A stretch of 64,000 nucleotides of DNA from a virus. Taxonomy: Duplodnaviria > Caudoviricetes. Numbering within the stretch: the first letter of the stretch is position 1; the number at the start of each line of letters is the position of its first letter. The stretch lies in the IMG/VR virus record IMGVR_UViG_2706795922_000001, positions 11,627-75,626 of that record; one strand, 5' to 3'. A model generated the notes under the pieces. The model was not told the origin of the DNA, ran no database searches, and was given only the letters and a program-made list of their open reading frames with translations. Positions 29,193 to 38,264 of the stretch are shown in pieces. Made by a program: the position numbers and the translations under genes.

Positions 29193-30632
29193 ATGACCAC
29201 TTTCCTACGCAGCTTGCAAGAGCAGTTCAACCACACCACGACGGAGAACGGCGCTCTTGCCCATAAGAGCAGCTTTGATCCGGTGGTGGATTACTTCGGT
29301 CTGGCGGGCGCTATGCGTAACCGGGCTGAGGCTTCGGCTGACCTGTTTGAGACGGCTTTCCGTTCGGACGTGCAGGCCGCGATCCGGACCCTGTTCTATC
29401 TGCGCGACGTGCGCGGCGGGCAGGGGGAGCGCGATGTGTTCCGCGCGGGCCTTAAGCGGCTCGTCGGCCTTAGCCCCGTTAAGGCGGGCCGGGTGTTGCA
29501 GCATGTCCCGTTCTACGGGCGCTGGGACGATCTGCTGATTGAGGGTGTGTTCCAGCACCCGGAGGTCCAGAAGATCATCCTTAACCAGTGGACGGCTGAC
29601 GTGGCGGCGTACGAGCGCGGCGAGGGCGTGTCGCTGATGGCTAAGTGGCTCCCGTCCGACAAGGCGGCGAATAAGGAACTGGCTATCGCGGTCCGCAAGT
29701 CGCTGGGCTTGACGCAGCGCGAGTACCGCCAGACGCTTAGCGCGCTTAGGTCGCGGATCGGTCTGCTTGAGCAGTCTATGTCCCGGAACGATTGGGATAT
29801 CGACTACGGCAAGCTCCCGGCGCAGGCGCACCGTAAGCACGTCAAGGCGTTCCGTCGTCACGCGGAGGGCGAGTACCAGGCGTACTTGGATGCCGTCGAG
29901 CGCGGCGAAGCCAAGATCAACACGGCCACGCTGTACCCGCATGAGCTTTACGACATGGCGACCCGCTACAGCGGCGACCGTAAGGCCGCTGACGTGATGT
30001 GGAACAACCTGCCGGATTACACGCGGGGTACGGAGGCCATCGTCATGGCTGACGTGTCGGGTTCTATGCACCAGTCGTGGAGCCAGGGCGCTAACCCAAT
30101 CGCGGTGTCGGTGTCGTTGGCGCTGTACTTCGCGGAGCGGAACCAGGGCGACTACGCGGGCTACTTCATGACGTTCGCGTCCACTCCGGCGCTCATGAAG
30201 GTGCCTTCCGGGGACCTGAGTGCCCGTCTGAGCGCCATTGAGAACTCTACGGGGTGGATGGGTAGCACAGACGTTGGAAAGGCGTTTGACGCGATCCTGG
30301 CGGCTGGCGTGAAGTCGGGCACTGTCCCGGCGACTCTCTACATCATTTCGGACATGCAGTTCGACCAAGCGATTGACGACGGAAACGATACGACGTTCCA
30401 GACGGCTAAGCGGAAGTTCGCGGCTGCCGGGCTGGAATTGCCGCATGTCGTGTTCTGGAACGTGGACGCTCGGAACGATCAGCTTCCGGCGACGATCTTG
30501 GACGGCCAAGTCACATTGGTTTCCGGCTTCTCGCCTACGGTGTTCGGGATGGCGGTAGAGGGCAAGACTCCGCGCGAGCTTGTGGACTCCGTTATCAACT
30601 CTGAGCGCTACGAGCGGATTAATCCGTTCTAA
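29193..30632 (+). CDS. Ro60/TROVE-like VWA protein (DUF2828 family)
   Basis: TENGA, LRDVRGGQGER, YGRWDDL, AKWLPS motifs; VWA MIDAS DVSGSM, ISDMQFD, FWNV, VSGFS. Confidence 0.88.
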   Translation: MTTFLRSLQEQFNHTTTENGALAHKSSFDPVVDYFGLAGAMRNRAEASADLFETAFRSDVQAAIRTLFYLRDVRGGQGERDVFRAGLKRLVGLSPVKAGRVLQHVPFYGRWDDLLIEGVFQHPEVQKIILNQWTADVAAYERGEGVSLMAKWLPSDKAANKELAIAVRKSLGLTQREYRQTLSALRSRIGLLEQSMSRNDWDIDYGKLPAQAHRKHVKAFRRHAEGEYQAYLDAVERGEAKINTATLYPHELYDMATRYSGDRKAADVMWNNLPDYTRGTEAIVMADVSGSMHQSWSQGANPIAVSVSLALYFAERNQGDYAGYFMTFASTPALMKVPSGDLSARLSAIENSTGWMGSTDVGKAFDAILAAGVKSGTVPATLYIISDMQFDQAIDDGNDTTFQTAKRKFAAAGLELPHVVFWNVDARNDQLPATILDGQVTLVSGFSPTVFGMAVEGKTPRELVDSVINSERYERINPF

Positions 30633-30635
30633 AAC

Positions 30636-30942
30636 TTCCATACTGCGGCTCTGAACCGTAAGCTATGGAAATAGGTGGACACAGACAGCAATTACTTTGT
30701 TTGCATACAACAGAGAAATGTGTCCAGTAATGCTTGTGGACCCCCACAGCAATTGACAACTCACAGGAAAAACCGGTGGTCGCGGGTTCGAGTCCCGCTC
30801 GCTCGGGTAGACCGGGCGATAGCTCAGTTGGTAGAGCATTGGTCGCAGTTAAAAACGGGGTCCAGTTAAAGCGGTTGTGGACGGTAACAGCAACCTAAAA
30901 CTTTCACTGCTAATGAAATCAAATTCCGTCCAGTCCCACCGC
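30636..30942 (+). ncRNA. array of Y-RNA-like ncRNAs with tRNA-mimic modules
   Basis: three GTGGAC-N4-ACAGCAA...GTCCAGT units with covarying stems; permuted T-acceptor-D module; anticodon-like hairpins. Confidence 0.8.
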
Positions 30943-30949
30943 GCAGATC

Positions 30950-30991
30950 GCCTCCGTATTCAGCCTTAGCGGCTGACCGGGGGCTTTTTTG
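30950..30991 (+). terminator. intrinsic terminator after RNA array
   Basis: GCCTCCG..TCAGCC-TTAGC-GGCTGA..CGGGGGC followed by TTTTTTG. Confidence 0.7.
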
Positions 30992-31013
30992 TGCCCAAAC
31001 TAAGGGAGACACC

Positions 31014-31355
31014 ATGAAGAGAGTTATCGGCGCGCTCGCTGCCGCTGCCGCGCTTGTGGCACTGCCCGCGTGCGCCACCCAGAATCAGCACTGGGAAAAC
31101 GGCTGCAAGGTCACGTCCAAGGACACCATTTACGACAAGGACTCCGAGGGCGGCGTTAAGCGCGTTAAGCGCGTTAGCACGACCTGCGGCGCGTTCAACG
31201 TGGAGGACGCCTGGGAGGCCGGATCGTTCAACAGCTACGACCTGTGGGCGAAGCTGGAAGAGGGCAAGGTCTACGACCTCAAGGTTGGCGGCATCCGCAA
31301 CGGCTTCTTTTCCATGTTCCAGACGGTCCTAGAGGTTAAGGGTCCGAATGGCTAG
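31014..31355 (+). CDS. lipoprotein
   Basis: MKRVIGALAAAAALVALPAC signal peptide/lipobox; GGGAG RBS. Confidence 0.75.
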   Translation: MKRVIGALAAAAALVALPACATQNQHWENGCKVTSKDTIYDKDSEGGVKRVKRVSTTCGAFNVEDAWEAGSFNSYDLWAKLEEGKVYDLKVGGIRNGFFSMFQTVLEVKGPNG

Positions 31356-31665
31356 CCGGATCGTTCGGGAGGCCATCGCCAAGTACGCCGAGGCCAAGGG
31401 CCAGGACACCGGGCTAGACACGTTCTACCCGGTGCCTAACCGGGCCATGAAGCGGGCGTTCACCTTCGGCGGCAAGAAAACCCTGATCCCTAGCGGTAAC
31501 GGGGTGCCTGCGGTGCTGATGCGTGAGGGCCGGTCGCGGATTACGAGGGGTACCTCGCGGCCTAAGCCTCGCGGCAAGGTGCTAACGGACGGCCTTAAGC
31601 CGATCTTCGTTGACGAGCACGGCGAAGTCGTGGACATGGCGAAGTTCTACGAGGCGGCGGCGTGA
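31348..31665 (+). CDS. hypothetical protein
   Basis: 105 aa, overlaps previous gene. Confidence 0.6.
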   Translation: MASRIVREAIAKYAEAKGQDTGLDTFYPVPNRAMKRAFTFGGKKTLIPSGNGVPAVLMREGRSRITRGTSRPKPRGKVLTDGLKPIFVDEHGEVVDMAKFYEAAA

Positions 31666-31957
31666 TCGAAGAGGTATTGCTGACCGCAGCCACCATGTTC
31701 CTGCTCCTGCTCGTCTGCTTCGTGCCGTGGTACCTGATCGCGGTTATCGCTGCGGCGTTCGGCGCGGGCTTCGTCTACGGGGGAGGGACTTATGAGTTTC
31801 CGCGTAGAGGTTAAGTGCGCTAAGGGCGAGCCGCGCATCATCGTCACCGACCGTGAGCCGGTCGTCGGAAAGATCGGAACCTTAACCGTCCTTAAGGACT
31901 CGTCGTACGTGGTGTACGGGCCGGGTTATTGGCAGAGCTACAGCGTGGAGGAACACA

Positions 31958-32149
31958 GTGGAACCTAAGCATCCGATTGGCACCGTGCTCTACAAGCGGT
32001 TTCCCGACGTTGGCCCGGACGCGTTCGACGTGTTCGTGATGACGCATTACGGGTGGGTCGCGGTTGACCAGTACGGCATTCAGACCGGCCAGTTCCCGCA
32101 GTTCGACGCGGAGACGGTCAACATCACGCCGAAGGTTAGCGAGGCGTAA
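31958..32149 (+). CDS. hypothetical protein
   Basis: 63 aa, GGAGG RBS. Confidence 0.55.
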   Translation: MEPKHPIGTVLYKRFPDVGPDAFDVFVMTHYGWVAVDQYGIQTGQFPQFDAETVNITPKVSEA

Positions 32150-33126
32150 TCACCGACTATCAAGTAAAGCGGGACTACTGGGATAGGCCAATCGTCTGGC
32201 CCGAAGGGGAGACGGACCTATCCGGGGAGTGGAAAGACGGGAGAGGGCGCGATGGCAAGCCAAAGCGATGGTTCCGGCCAAGGTCCAAAGGCGCTAAGGG
32301 CTATAGCCGCGCGTCAGGTGCCGGGAAAGGGCTTGACTCCAAAGACGGCCTTGTCGATTGGGCAGCCTGTCAAGCAGCCGTTGGAATCATGTTGGATGCC
32401 TCCGCGCGCTCAGAGGTCACAACGCTTATCAACGAGTACGAAGCCGACCCTTGGAACAAAGGCGACGACGGCGGCACCCGCTCCGGTAAGCAGCGGCTTA
32501 AGGACGCTGTTGAGCAAGCGCGTAACACTGCCGGTCAGCACACTGCTGCTAGCGCTGGCACTGAGTTCCATAAGCTCGGCGAGCTACGCAATAAGGGTAA
32601 GAAACCGCATGTCGTCCAAGAGCACCTAAAGGAACCGCTCTCTAAGTACGACGCGGCGGTTGAGCCGATTGAGTTCATTAGCCAGGAAATCCTTATCGTC
32701 AACGACGCTCTGGAACTGGCTGGCTCGGTCGATTACCTCATGGGGCTGCCTCCGGGGATTACCACTCCTGACGGGGTGTACCACGAAAAGGAATTGGTTG
32801 TGGTTGGCGACCTTAAAACGGGTCGCTGGGACGCGCGGTTTCCGCTTAGCGTGACGTGCCAATTGTGCGCCTACGGGACTGGTGTGCGTTATGACCAGGA
32901 GACGAACACTCGCTCTCCGCTGCATAACCAGATCAATACCAAGTGGGGCGTCATGGTGCATTTCCCGATCATGACTAAGGACCCGGAGGTTCGCTTCTAT
33001 TGGGTGGACTTGGAAATGGGCCTTAAGGCGTCTCTGCTCGCTAAAGAGGTTCAGGCTATGCGTAACCAGTTCAACTCAAAGGACGCGCAGCTTACGGAAT
33101 TGGATTTGAGCAAGTATCAATGGTGA
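32149..33126 (+). CDS. PD-(D/E)XK (Cas4/RecE-like) exonuclease, probable non-canonical ATC start
   Basis: AGTEFH, AGSVD, GDLKTG, QLCAY motifs; frame is open 80 codons upstream of the first ATG (32389). Confidence 0.8.
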   Translation: MTDYQVKRDYWDRPIVWPEGETDLSGEWKDGRGRDGKPKRWFRPRSKGAKGYSRASGAGKGLDSKDGLVDWAACQAAVGIMLDASARSEVTTLINEYEADPWNKGDDGGTRSGKQRLKDAVEQARNTAGQHTAASAGTEFHKLGELRNKGKKPHVVQEHLKEPLSKYDAAVEPIEFISQEILIVNDALELAGSVDYLMGLPPGITTPDGVYHEKELVVVGDLKTGRWDARFPLSVTCQLCAYGTGVRYDQETNTRSPLHNQINTKWGVMVHFPIMTKDPEVRFYWVDLEMGLKASLLAKEVQAMRNQFNSKDAQLTELDLSKYQW

Positions 33127-33137
33127 ACGGAGAGCAA

Positions 33138-33905
33138 TTGAGTGAAGAGTCCGTAAAGGCTGCGCCTAAGAAGTTCACGCTGGCTGAGGCTGAGGCTCAG
33201 ATCGGTGACCTGACGGCGCTAGTGGAGGACATTCAGGCGCGCGGCGGTACCGGCGACAAGCCGACTGTCTTTGAGTCGTGGAATCGGGTAATGCGCGACG
33301 TGCAGGCGATCCGCAAAGACTCGTACAACTCGGGTCAGAAGTTCAACTTCCGTGGCATTGACGCGGTGATGAACGCGGTTGGCCCGGCGCTGCGCGAGCA
33401 CGGCGTTACGGTCGTCCCTCGCGCGCTTAGCGCGGAAGCGGAGCGTTACCAGACCGCTAAGGGCGGTCAGATGTGTAACCGCACCGTGGAAATGGGCTTC
33501 CGGGTGTTCGGCCCGGCTGGCGACTACTTCGACGGCACGGCGTACGGCGAGGCTGCCGACTCGGGCGATAAGTCGATGACTAAGGCTGAGTCCGTCGCGC
33601 TTAGGACGTTCCTGCTGCAATCGCTGATGATTCCGACTGACGATCCGGACCCGGATGCTGAGTCGCATGAGCGGGCCACTCCGGCTACTGCTGCACGCTT
33701 GCAGCCTCCGGCTCCGGTGGGTAACGCGGACTCCGCGCAGGCTCGCGCTGAGCTTAAGGAACTGGCCGGTCAGAAGGGCTGGGACCTGAACGCGATTGCC
33801 GACAAGTTCGCAGCCGACAACAACGGCAAGTTGCTTAAGGACGCGACCGGCGAAGAGGTCACGGCCTACAAGAACCTTCTACAGACAGGGGCGGTAACCG
33901 TCTAA
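33138..33905 (+). CDS. ERF-family ssDNA annealing protein
   Basis: FNFRGIDAVMNAV..GEAADSGDKSMTKAESVALRTFL; adjacent to exonuclease. Confidence 0.85.
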   Translation: MSEESVKAAPKKFTLAEAEAQIGDLTALVEDIQARGGTGDKPTVFESWNRVMRDVQAIRKDSYNSGQKFNFRGIDAVMNAVGPALREHGVTVVPRALSAEAERYQTAKGGQMCNRTVEMGFRVFGPAGDYFDGTAYGEAADSGDKSMTKAESVALRTFLLQSLMIPTDDPDPDAESHERATPATAARLQPPAPVGNADSAQARAELKELAGQKGWDLNAIADKFAADNNGKLLKDATGEEVTAYKNLLQTGAVTV

Positions 33906-34177
33906 TGCTTAACAACACGATTGCGGGTGTGCCGGTCGGCCTCATTGAGGCTCCGGCGCACCTGTTCGTGCCCTGCGAACAGTGCTTTGAGAGAGAGGCT
34001 GAGTTCGCGGTCGGGCACTCGGATCACAAGCTGGTGTGCGAGTCCTGCTTGGACTGGGGCGACTCGCGGCGCTGGTGGCATCTTGAGCCGCGCCAGGCGC
34101 TTAGGGGCAGCGGAGCTATCGCCTTGGCCCACGACGCGGAGCACGACGCTTACACGTATTGGGTGTGGGCCGCATGA
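33905..34177 (+). CDS. small zinc-finger-like protein
   Basis: CEQC and CESC pairs; TAATG coupling. Confidence 0.55.
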   Translation: MLNNTIAGVPVGLIEAPAHLFVPCEQCFEREAEFAVGHSDHKLVCESCLDWGDSRRWWHLEPRQALRGSGAIALAHDAEHDAYTYWVWAA

Positions 34178-34491
34178 GCGCGAACTTTCCACCTGTGCTG
34201 CCTGCCGCTAAGGGTGCGCCGGTTCTGTGGGACGCGCGCCAGCTTATTTCCTCGTTTGAGGACGGCAACGAACACGGCTGGCATGAGGAACTGCAATTCC
34301 TGTGGTTTGACGACCGCGAGCGGACCATGAAGCTGCTGGACGAGGTTGGCAACGTGGGCCGGATCATGGAGCCGGTCACTGTCGGCCACGACCGTCGCGT
34401 GTGGGACGGCCATCACCGGATCGCTGTAGCGCTGGCGCTTAGCTTGCCGGTTCCTGTTGTGTTCGCGGAAGAACAGGAGCCTAGTGAGTGA
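34174..34491 (+). CDS. ParB/Srx-like domain protein
   Basis: EPVTV..VWDGHHRIAVA..VPV motif. Confidence 0.7.
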   Translation: MSANFPPVLPAAKGAPVLWDARQLISSFEDGNEHGWHEELQFLWFDDRERTMKLLDEVGNVGRIMEPVTVGHDRRVWDGHHRIAVALALSLPVPVVFAEEQEPSE

Positions 34492-34855
34492 GCCAACCCA
34501 CGAATACAACCCGGTAAGCATTGAGCAGGAAATCCTAGCGACGGTTAACGAACTGTCGAAGGGGATTGTCACCGCGCGTGACGCCCATGAGGCGGCGCTG
34601 GCTGCGGAGCGTGCCTACAAGCGCGCTTACGCGAAGGCGTTCATGGAACACAAGGGTCCGCAGACCGAAAAGAAGATCGCGGCCAACATTGTTCCTGAGG
34701 TTATGGACGCGGAGGATATGCGCGACGTTACCGACGTTGCTTATTCCTACGCTAAGGACCTTAACAACACGCTCGGTAAGAAGTTGGACGCTATTCGCTC
34801 GGTGGGCGCTTCGGTGCGCCAGGCGTACGCAAACGCGGGCCGTGGCGAGTGGTGA
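34484..34855 (+). CDS. hypothetical coiled-coil protein
   Basis: GTG start, helical, ends IRSVGASVRQAY. Confidence 0.65.
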   Translation: MSEPTHEYNPVSIEQEILATVNELSKGIVTARDAHEAALAAERAYKRAYAKAFMEHKGPQTEKKIAANIVPEVMDAEDMRDVTDVAYSYAKDLNNTLGKKLDAIRSVGASVRQAYANAGRGEW

Positions 34856-35174
34856 GGCGTACTGCCGTCGCGTCCTAAAGGACCGCTCTGGGGGCTTCTG
34901 CGAGCGATGCACACGCTGGGGACACCTAACCCTGCATCACCGCAAGAAACGCTCTCAGGGCGGTCTCTGGACCCCCGATAACTGCGTGCTCCTGTGCGGC
35001 CACGGCACGACCGGCTGTCACGGATGGATTGAGCATCACCCGGACCGCGCTGAGGCGCAGGGCTGGCATGTGCGCCCCTGGCAGGAACCGTCTGAGGTCC
35101 CGGTGCTGTGGCGCGGAAACGAATGGTCACTTTTAACCCCCGAAGGAACAATCAATGAGTATCACGCTGGATGA
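34842..35174 (+). CDS. HNH endonuclease
   Basis: CERC..HHRKKRSQGG..NCVLLC..CH. Confidence 0.8.
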   Translation: MASGEAYCRRVLKDRSGGFCERCTRWGHLTLHHRKKRSQGGLWTPDNCVLLCGHGTTGCHGWIEHHPDRAEAQGWHVRPWQEPSEVPVLWRGNEWSLLTPEGTINEYHAG

Positions 35175-35616
35175 AGCGCGCGACGATCTGCACGACAAGA
35201 TGGGCGAGGGTGCGGAATGCCCTTGCTGCGGCCAGTTCGCAAAGGTGTATCGCGTTAAGTTCCCGGCTACGGCGGTAAAGCTGATGGCCGAAATGCTTAA
35301 GCAGCACCGCGCGGGTGTGCAGTGGGTCCACGCTCCTACCGCTGGCCCTCCGGGAGGTAACCCGGTTAAGGCCCGGCATTGGGGTCTGATCGAACCGATG
35401 CCGGATGCGGTGCGCGAGGACGGCTCTAAGCGCGTCGGCTTGTGGCGGCTTACGACCAAGGGTTACGGGTTCATCCGCAACATGGTCGCTGTCCCGAAGT
35501 ACGCGCTTCTGTTCAACAACGACTGCTTGGCGCTTGACGACAGTGAGGGCAACGTCACTGCCGCCGAAGCGGCTGGTCACAAGTTCAACTACCGGGAGCT
35601 AATGGCGGGTGTCTGA
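35155..35616 (+). CDS. hypothetical protein with CPCC motif and winged-helix-like C-part
   Basis: 153 aa, GAAGGA RBS. Confidence 0.6.
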   Translation: MSITLDEARDDLHDKMGEGAECPCCGQFAKVYRVKFPATAVKLMAEMLKQHRAGVQWVHAPTAGPPGGNPVKARHWGLIEPMPDAVREDGSKRVGLWRLTTKGYGFIRNMVAVPKYALLFNNDCLALDDSEGNVTAAEAAGHKFNYRELMAGV

Positions 35617-36289
35617 CTTCGGCAGGATTGACCGGAAGTTCTGGGATCATCCCAAAGCTAAGCAAGCCGGTAACGCTGCGCTAGGTCTGTGGGCTAAGGC
35701 GAACTCCTGGTGCCGGGATAACCGGTCCGGGGGGTTCGTCCCCCGCGAGGTCGCGCTAGAGCTTGGCACTCGGGACGAGGCGAACGCTCTCGTTAAGGCC
35801 GGGCTGTGGCGCACCGTCAATAAGGACGGCGCGTTTATCGGCGTGCAGTTCAACGACTATGACCATTGGAACGACGACGTTGAGCCAAACACCGTCGCGG
35901 GCGATTTAGTCCGCAAGGTCGTTCCGGAATCCCAGCCAGTAGCGATCCGTAAGCAGTTGGTCAAAAAGACTGCGGAAATGCTGCGGGAGGGGATCGACGC
36001 GGAGATTTTGGAGCGCGCTCTTAACCTCTGGCTCGCTAAGGACTTCGGGCCGGGCATCCTGCCCAACCTCGTTAGTGAGGCGCAGAAAGAGGCGCAGCGC
36101 GCGGCCACTCTCCGCAACTGCATCACCGAATGTCTTAAGACGGGGCAGGTCAGTCCGCTTAAGGCGTACGGGTACATCTTCACGCCTCCCGTACCTCCGG
36201 ACGGCCTTGACGTGCAATCGCGTCGGGCATGGATGGACGGCGCTAAGCGGGATTGGCTGAACGAACTGAGAGGACGGGTCGCAGCTTGA
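35609..36289 (+). CDS. putative replication/DNA-binding protein
   Basis: 226 aa immediately upstream of DnaB; FWDHPK..ALGLW..LVKAGLW pattern. Confidence 0.5.
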   Translation: MSDFGRIDRKFWDHPKAKQAGNAALGLWAKANSWCRDNRSGGFVPREVALELGTRDEANALVKAGLWRTVNKDGAFIGVQFNDYDHWNDDVEPNTVAGDLVRKVVPESQPVAIRKQLVKKTAEMLREGIDAEILERALNLWLAKDFGPGILPNLVSEAQKEAQRAATLRNCITECLKTGQVSPLKAYGYIFTPPVPPDGLDVQSRRAWMDGAKRDWLNELRGRVAA

Positions 36290-37551
36290 GCGAAGCTCAG
36301 CCACCGCAGGACGCTAACGCTGAACAGTGCGTAATCGGGTCCATTCTCATGTCGGCTAAGGCTCTTAACGAGCTTTCGACGATGATTACGGCTGAGGATT
36401 TCTACCGGCCTATCCACGGCGAGATTTTCGCTGCTGCGATGGCCTTGCTGTCTGCCGGGGAGCCGGTGGACGCGATGACGACCGCCAAAGAGCTTGAGTC
36501 GCGCGGCCAGCTTCGCAAGATCGGCGGGGCACCGTACCTGCTGACCTGCCTTGAGGTCACACCTACGGCGACGAACGCTCGGGCGTACGCGCAAATGGTG
36601 CTGGACAAGGCGAAGCTCCGGCGCATGGCTGAGCTTGGTAACAGGCTTAAGCAACTGGCGTACTCGGAGACGAGTAACAGCGAGGACGTGGCGGCGCTCC
36701 TGGGCGAGGGTGAGAAGTTCTTTCGGCAGGAGCATGAGCCGGATGACTCCGCGCTCAGCATGGGCAAGATGATTGAGTCCTGGGAGCACTGGCAGTCCAC
36801 GGCTGAGGGCTACATCAAGACTCCGTGGGAGGCCGTCAATGAGCGGCTGAACGGCGGTCTACAGCGCGGGAGGCTCTACACCATTGGTGCTAGGCCGGGC
36901 GTCGGTAAAAGTGTCGCAGCGTTGCAGATAGCGGCCAATTCGGCGTTCTGGGGCTTCCCTGCCGCGTTCTTTACGTTGGAAATGTCGTCGGATGAGGTCA
37001 CGTCGCGTCTGGTGTCGTCCGGATCAAGCGTGGATTTCGGGAAGATCATGCGTAAGAAGATCGACCTTGAGGACCGCGCGAAGATCGACAACTACCTAAA
37101 GCTGAACGACACCATGCCGCTACAGGTGGTTGACCGGGCGACGATCACCACGGAGCAGATCGTGGCGCATTGCCGGGCGGTCGGGAATCTGGACACCGTT
37201 GTTGTGGATTACCTGCAACTGATTAAGGCCAGTGACCCGAAGCTCTCGCGTGAACAGCAAGTGGCGCACATGTCTCGGTCGCTAAAGATCGCGGCGCGTG
37301 AGCTTAACGTCGCAATGGTCGTGTGTTCGCAGCTAAACCGCGGTCCCCTTAAGGACGGTAAGACGCGCGCTCCGAATATCGGGGACCTACGCGAGTCGGG
37401 CGCGGTCGAACAGGACTCGGACGTGGTTCTGCTTTTGCACCATGACGAGGACGACCCCGGAATCATTCAAATGATTATCGGTAAGAACCGTAATGGGAGG
37501 ATGGGCGATCTTGCGCTCAACTTTGAGGGTCACTATCAGCGGATCACATGA
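36286..37551 (+). CDS. dnaB: DnaB-like replicative helicase
   Basis: AEQCVIGSIL, GARPGVGKS, TLEM, VVDYLQL, SQLNR, DLRESGAVEQDSD, KNRNG. Confidence 0.96.
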   Translation: MSEAQPPQDANAEQCVIGSILMSAKALNELSTMITAEDFYRPIHGEIFAAAMALLSAGEPVDAMTTAKELESRGQLRKIGGAPYLLTCLEVTPTATNARAYAQMVLDKAKLRRMAELGNRLKQLAYSETSNSEDVAALLGEGEKFFRQEHEPDDSALSMGKMIESWEHWQSTAEGYIKTPWEAVNERLNGGLQRGRLYTIGARPGVGKSVAALQIAANSAFWGFPAAFFTLEMSSDEVTSRLVSSGSSVDFGKIMRKKIDLEDRAKIDNYLKLNDTMPLQVVDRATITTEQIVAHCRAVGNLDTVVVDYLQLIKASDPKLSREQQVAHMSRSLKIAARELNVAMVVCSQLNRGPLKDGKTRAPNIGDLRESGAVEQDSDVVLLLHHDEDDPGIIQMIIGKNRNGRMGDLALNFEGHYQRIT

Positions 37552-37829
37552 GTAAAGAGATTGAGGCGCTTATGTCGCCTAAGCCTCTGCATTGGACCGA
37601 AGAGGCGCTTTGTCATGATGACCGGCGCTTTACGGGTGACGAAAAATTTCTAGGTCCGCAGGACTGGACGGAAATGGCGGCTAAGTGCTTTGACTGCCCG
37701 GTCCGTAAGCAGTGCGACGACTGGGCCATTCGTGAGGGCGTTACCGACGTGTTCGCGGCTGGCTATTGGAGGCATGGACATGGCGAGGCCGAGGAAAGCG
37801 CCGGAGACGGCGGCGGTACCGACAACTGA
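37548..37829 (+). CDS. WhiB-like protein
   Basis: W...ALC..CFDCPVRKQC four-Cys pattern. Confidence 0.65.
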   Translation: MSKEIEALMSPKPLHWTEEALCHDDRRFTGDEKFLGPQDWTEMAAKCFDCPVRKQCDDWAIREGVTDVFAAGYWRHGHGEAEESAGDGGGTDN

Positions 37830-38264
37830 AACGAGCAGGCCATCTTGGCGCTTTCAACGGTTCACGCCCGCTTCGGGTAAGAACCGGCTCCTGTTCTCGT
37901 ACGAGGGCGGGGATGAGCTTCTGAACGACAAAGGTGTCAACGCTGCGCTAACGAGGCTTAGCGAGCAGTTAAGGGGCGTGAAGTGACGGCGTATTTCAAC
38001 GTTCTCCGGGCGGCTGCCGGTGAGAACCCTTGGGGGCATGGCTGCGCGGGTTGCGGTCAGTCCACTTACGGCCAGCGCCACGGCGCGTGCGAGCGCTGCG
38101 AGGGCGGCTACGACGACGAAGAGGACTACCCGCGTGATTGAGCCGGATGAGGACTACGAAAACCCGATTGGTGAAGTGCTGGACGAGGACACCGTTGCGG
38201 ACCTTGCGTCGGCCCACTTCACCTATTCCATTGCCGGTCTGCTGGGAATCAAGTTAGGGAGTCC

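Noticed and set aside
29205-30641. 478-aa minus-strand ORF
   Set aside because: Antisense shadow of the well-supported DUF2828 gene, common in GC-rich DNA.
30772-30843. Conventional tRNA gene
   Set aside because: The T-arm precedes the D-arm, the acceptor is closed by a loop, and there is no anticodon or CCA.
30675-30869. 64-aa ORF over the RNA array
   Set aside because: AT-rich and atypical in codon use; the covarying stems are better explained as RNA.
32149-33126. Cas4 as evidence of a CRISPR system
   Set aside because: Sits beside an ERF annealase as a standard phage recombination pair.
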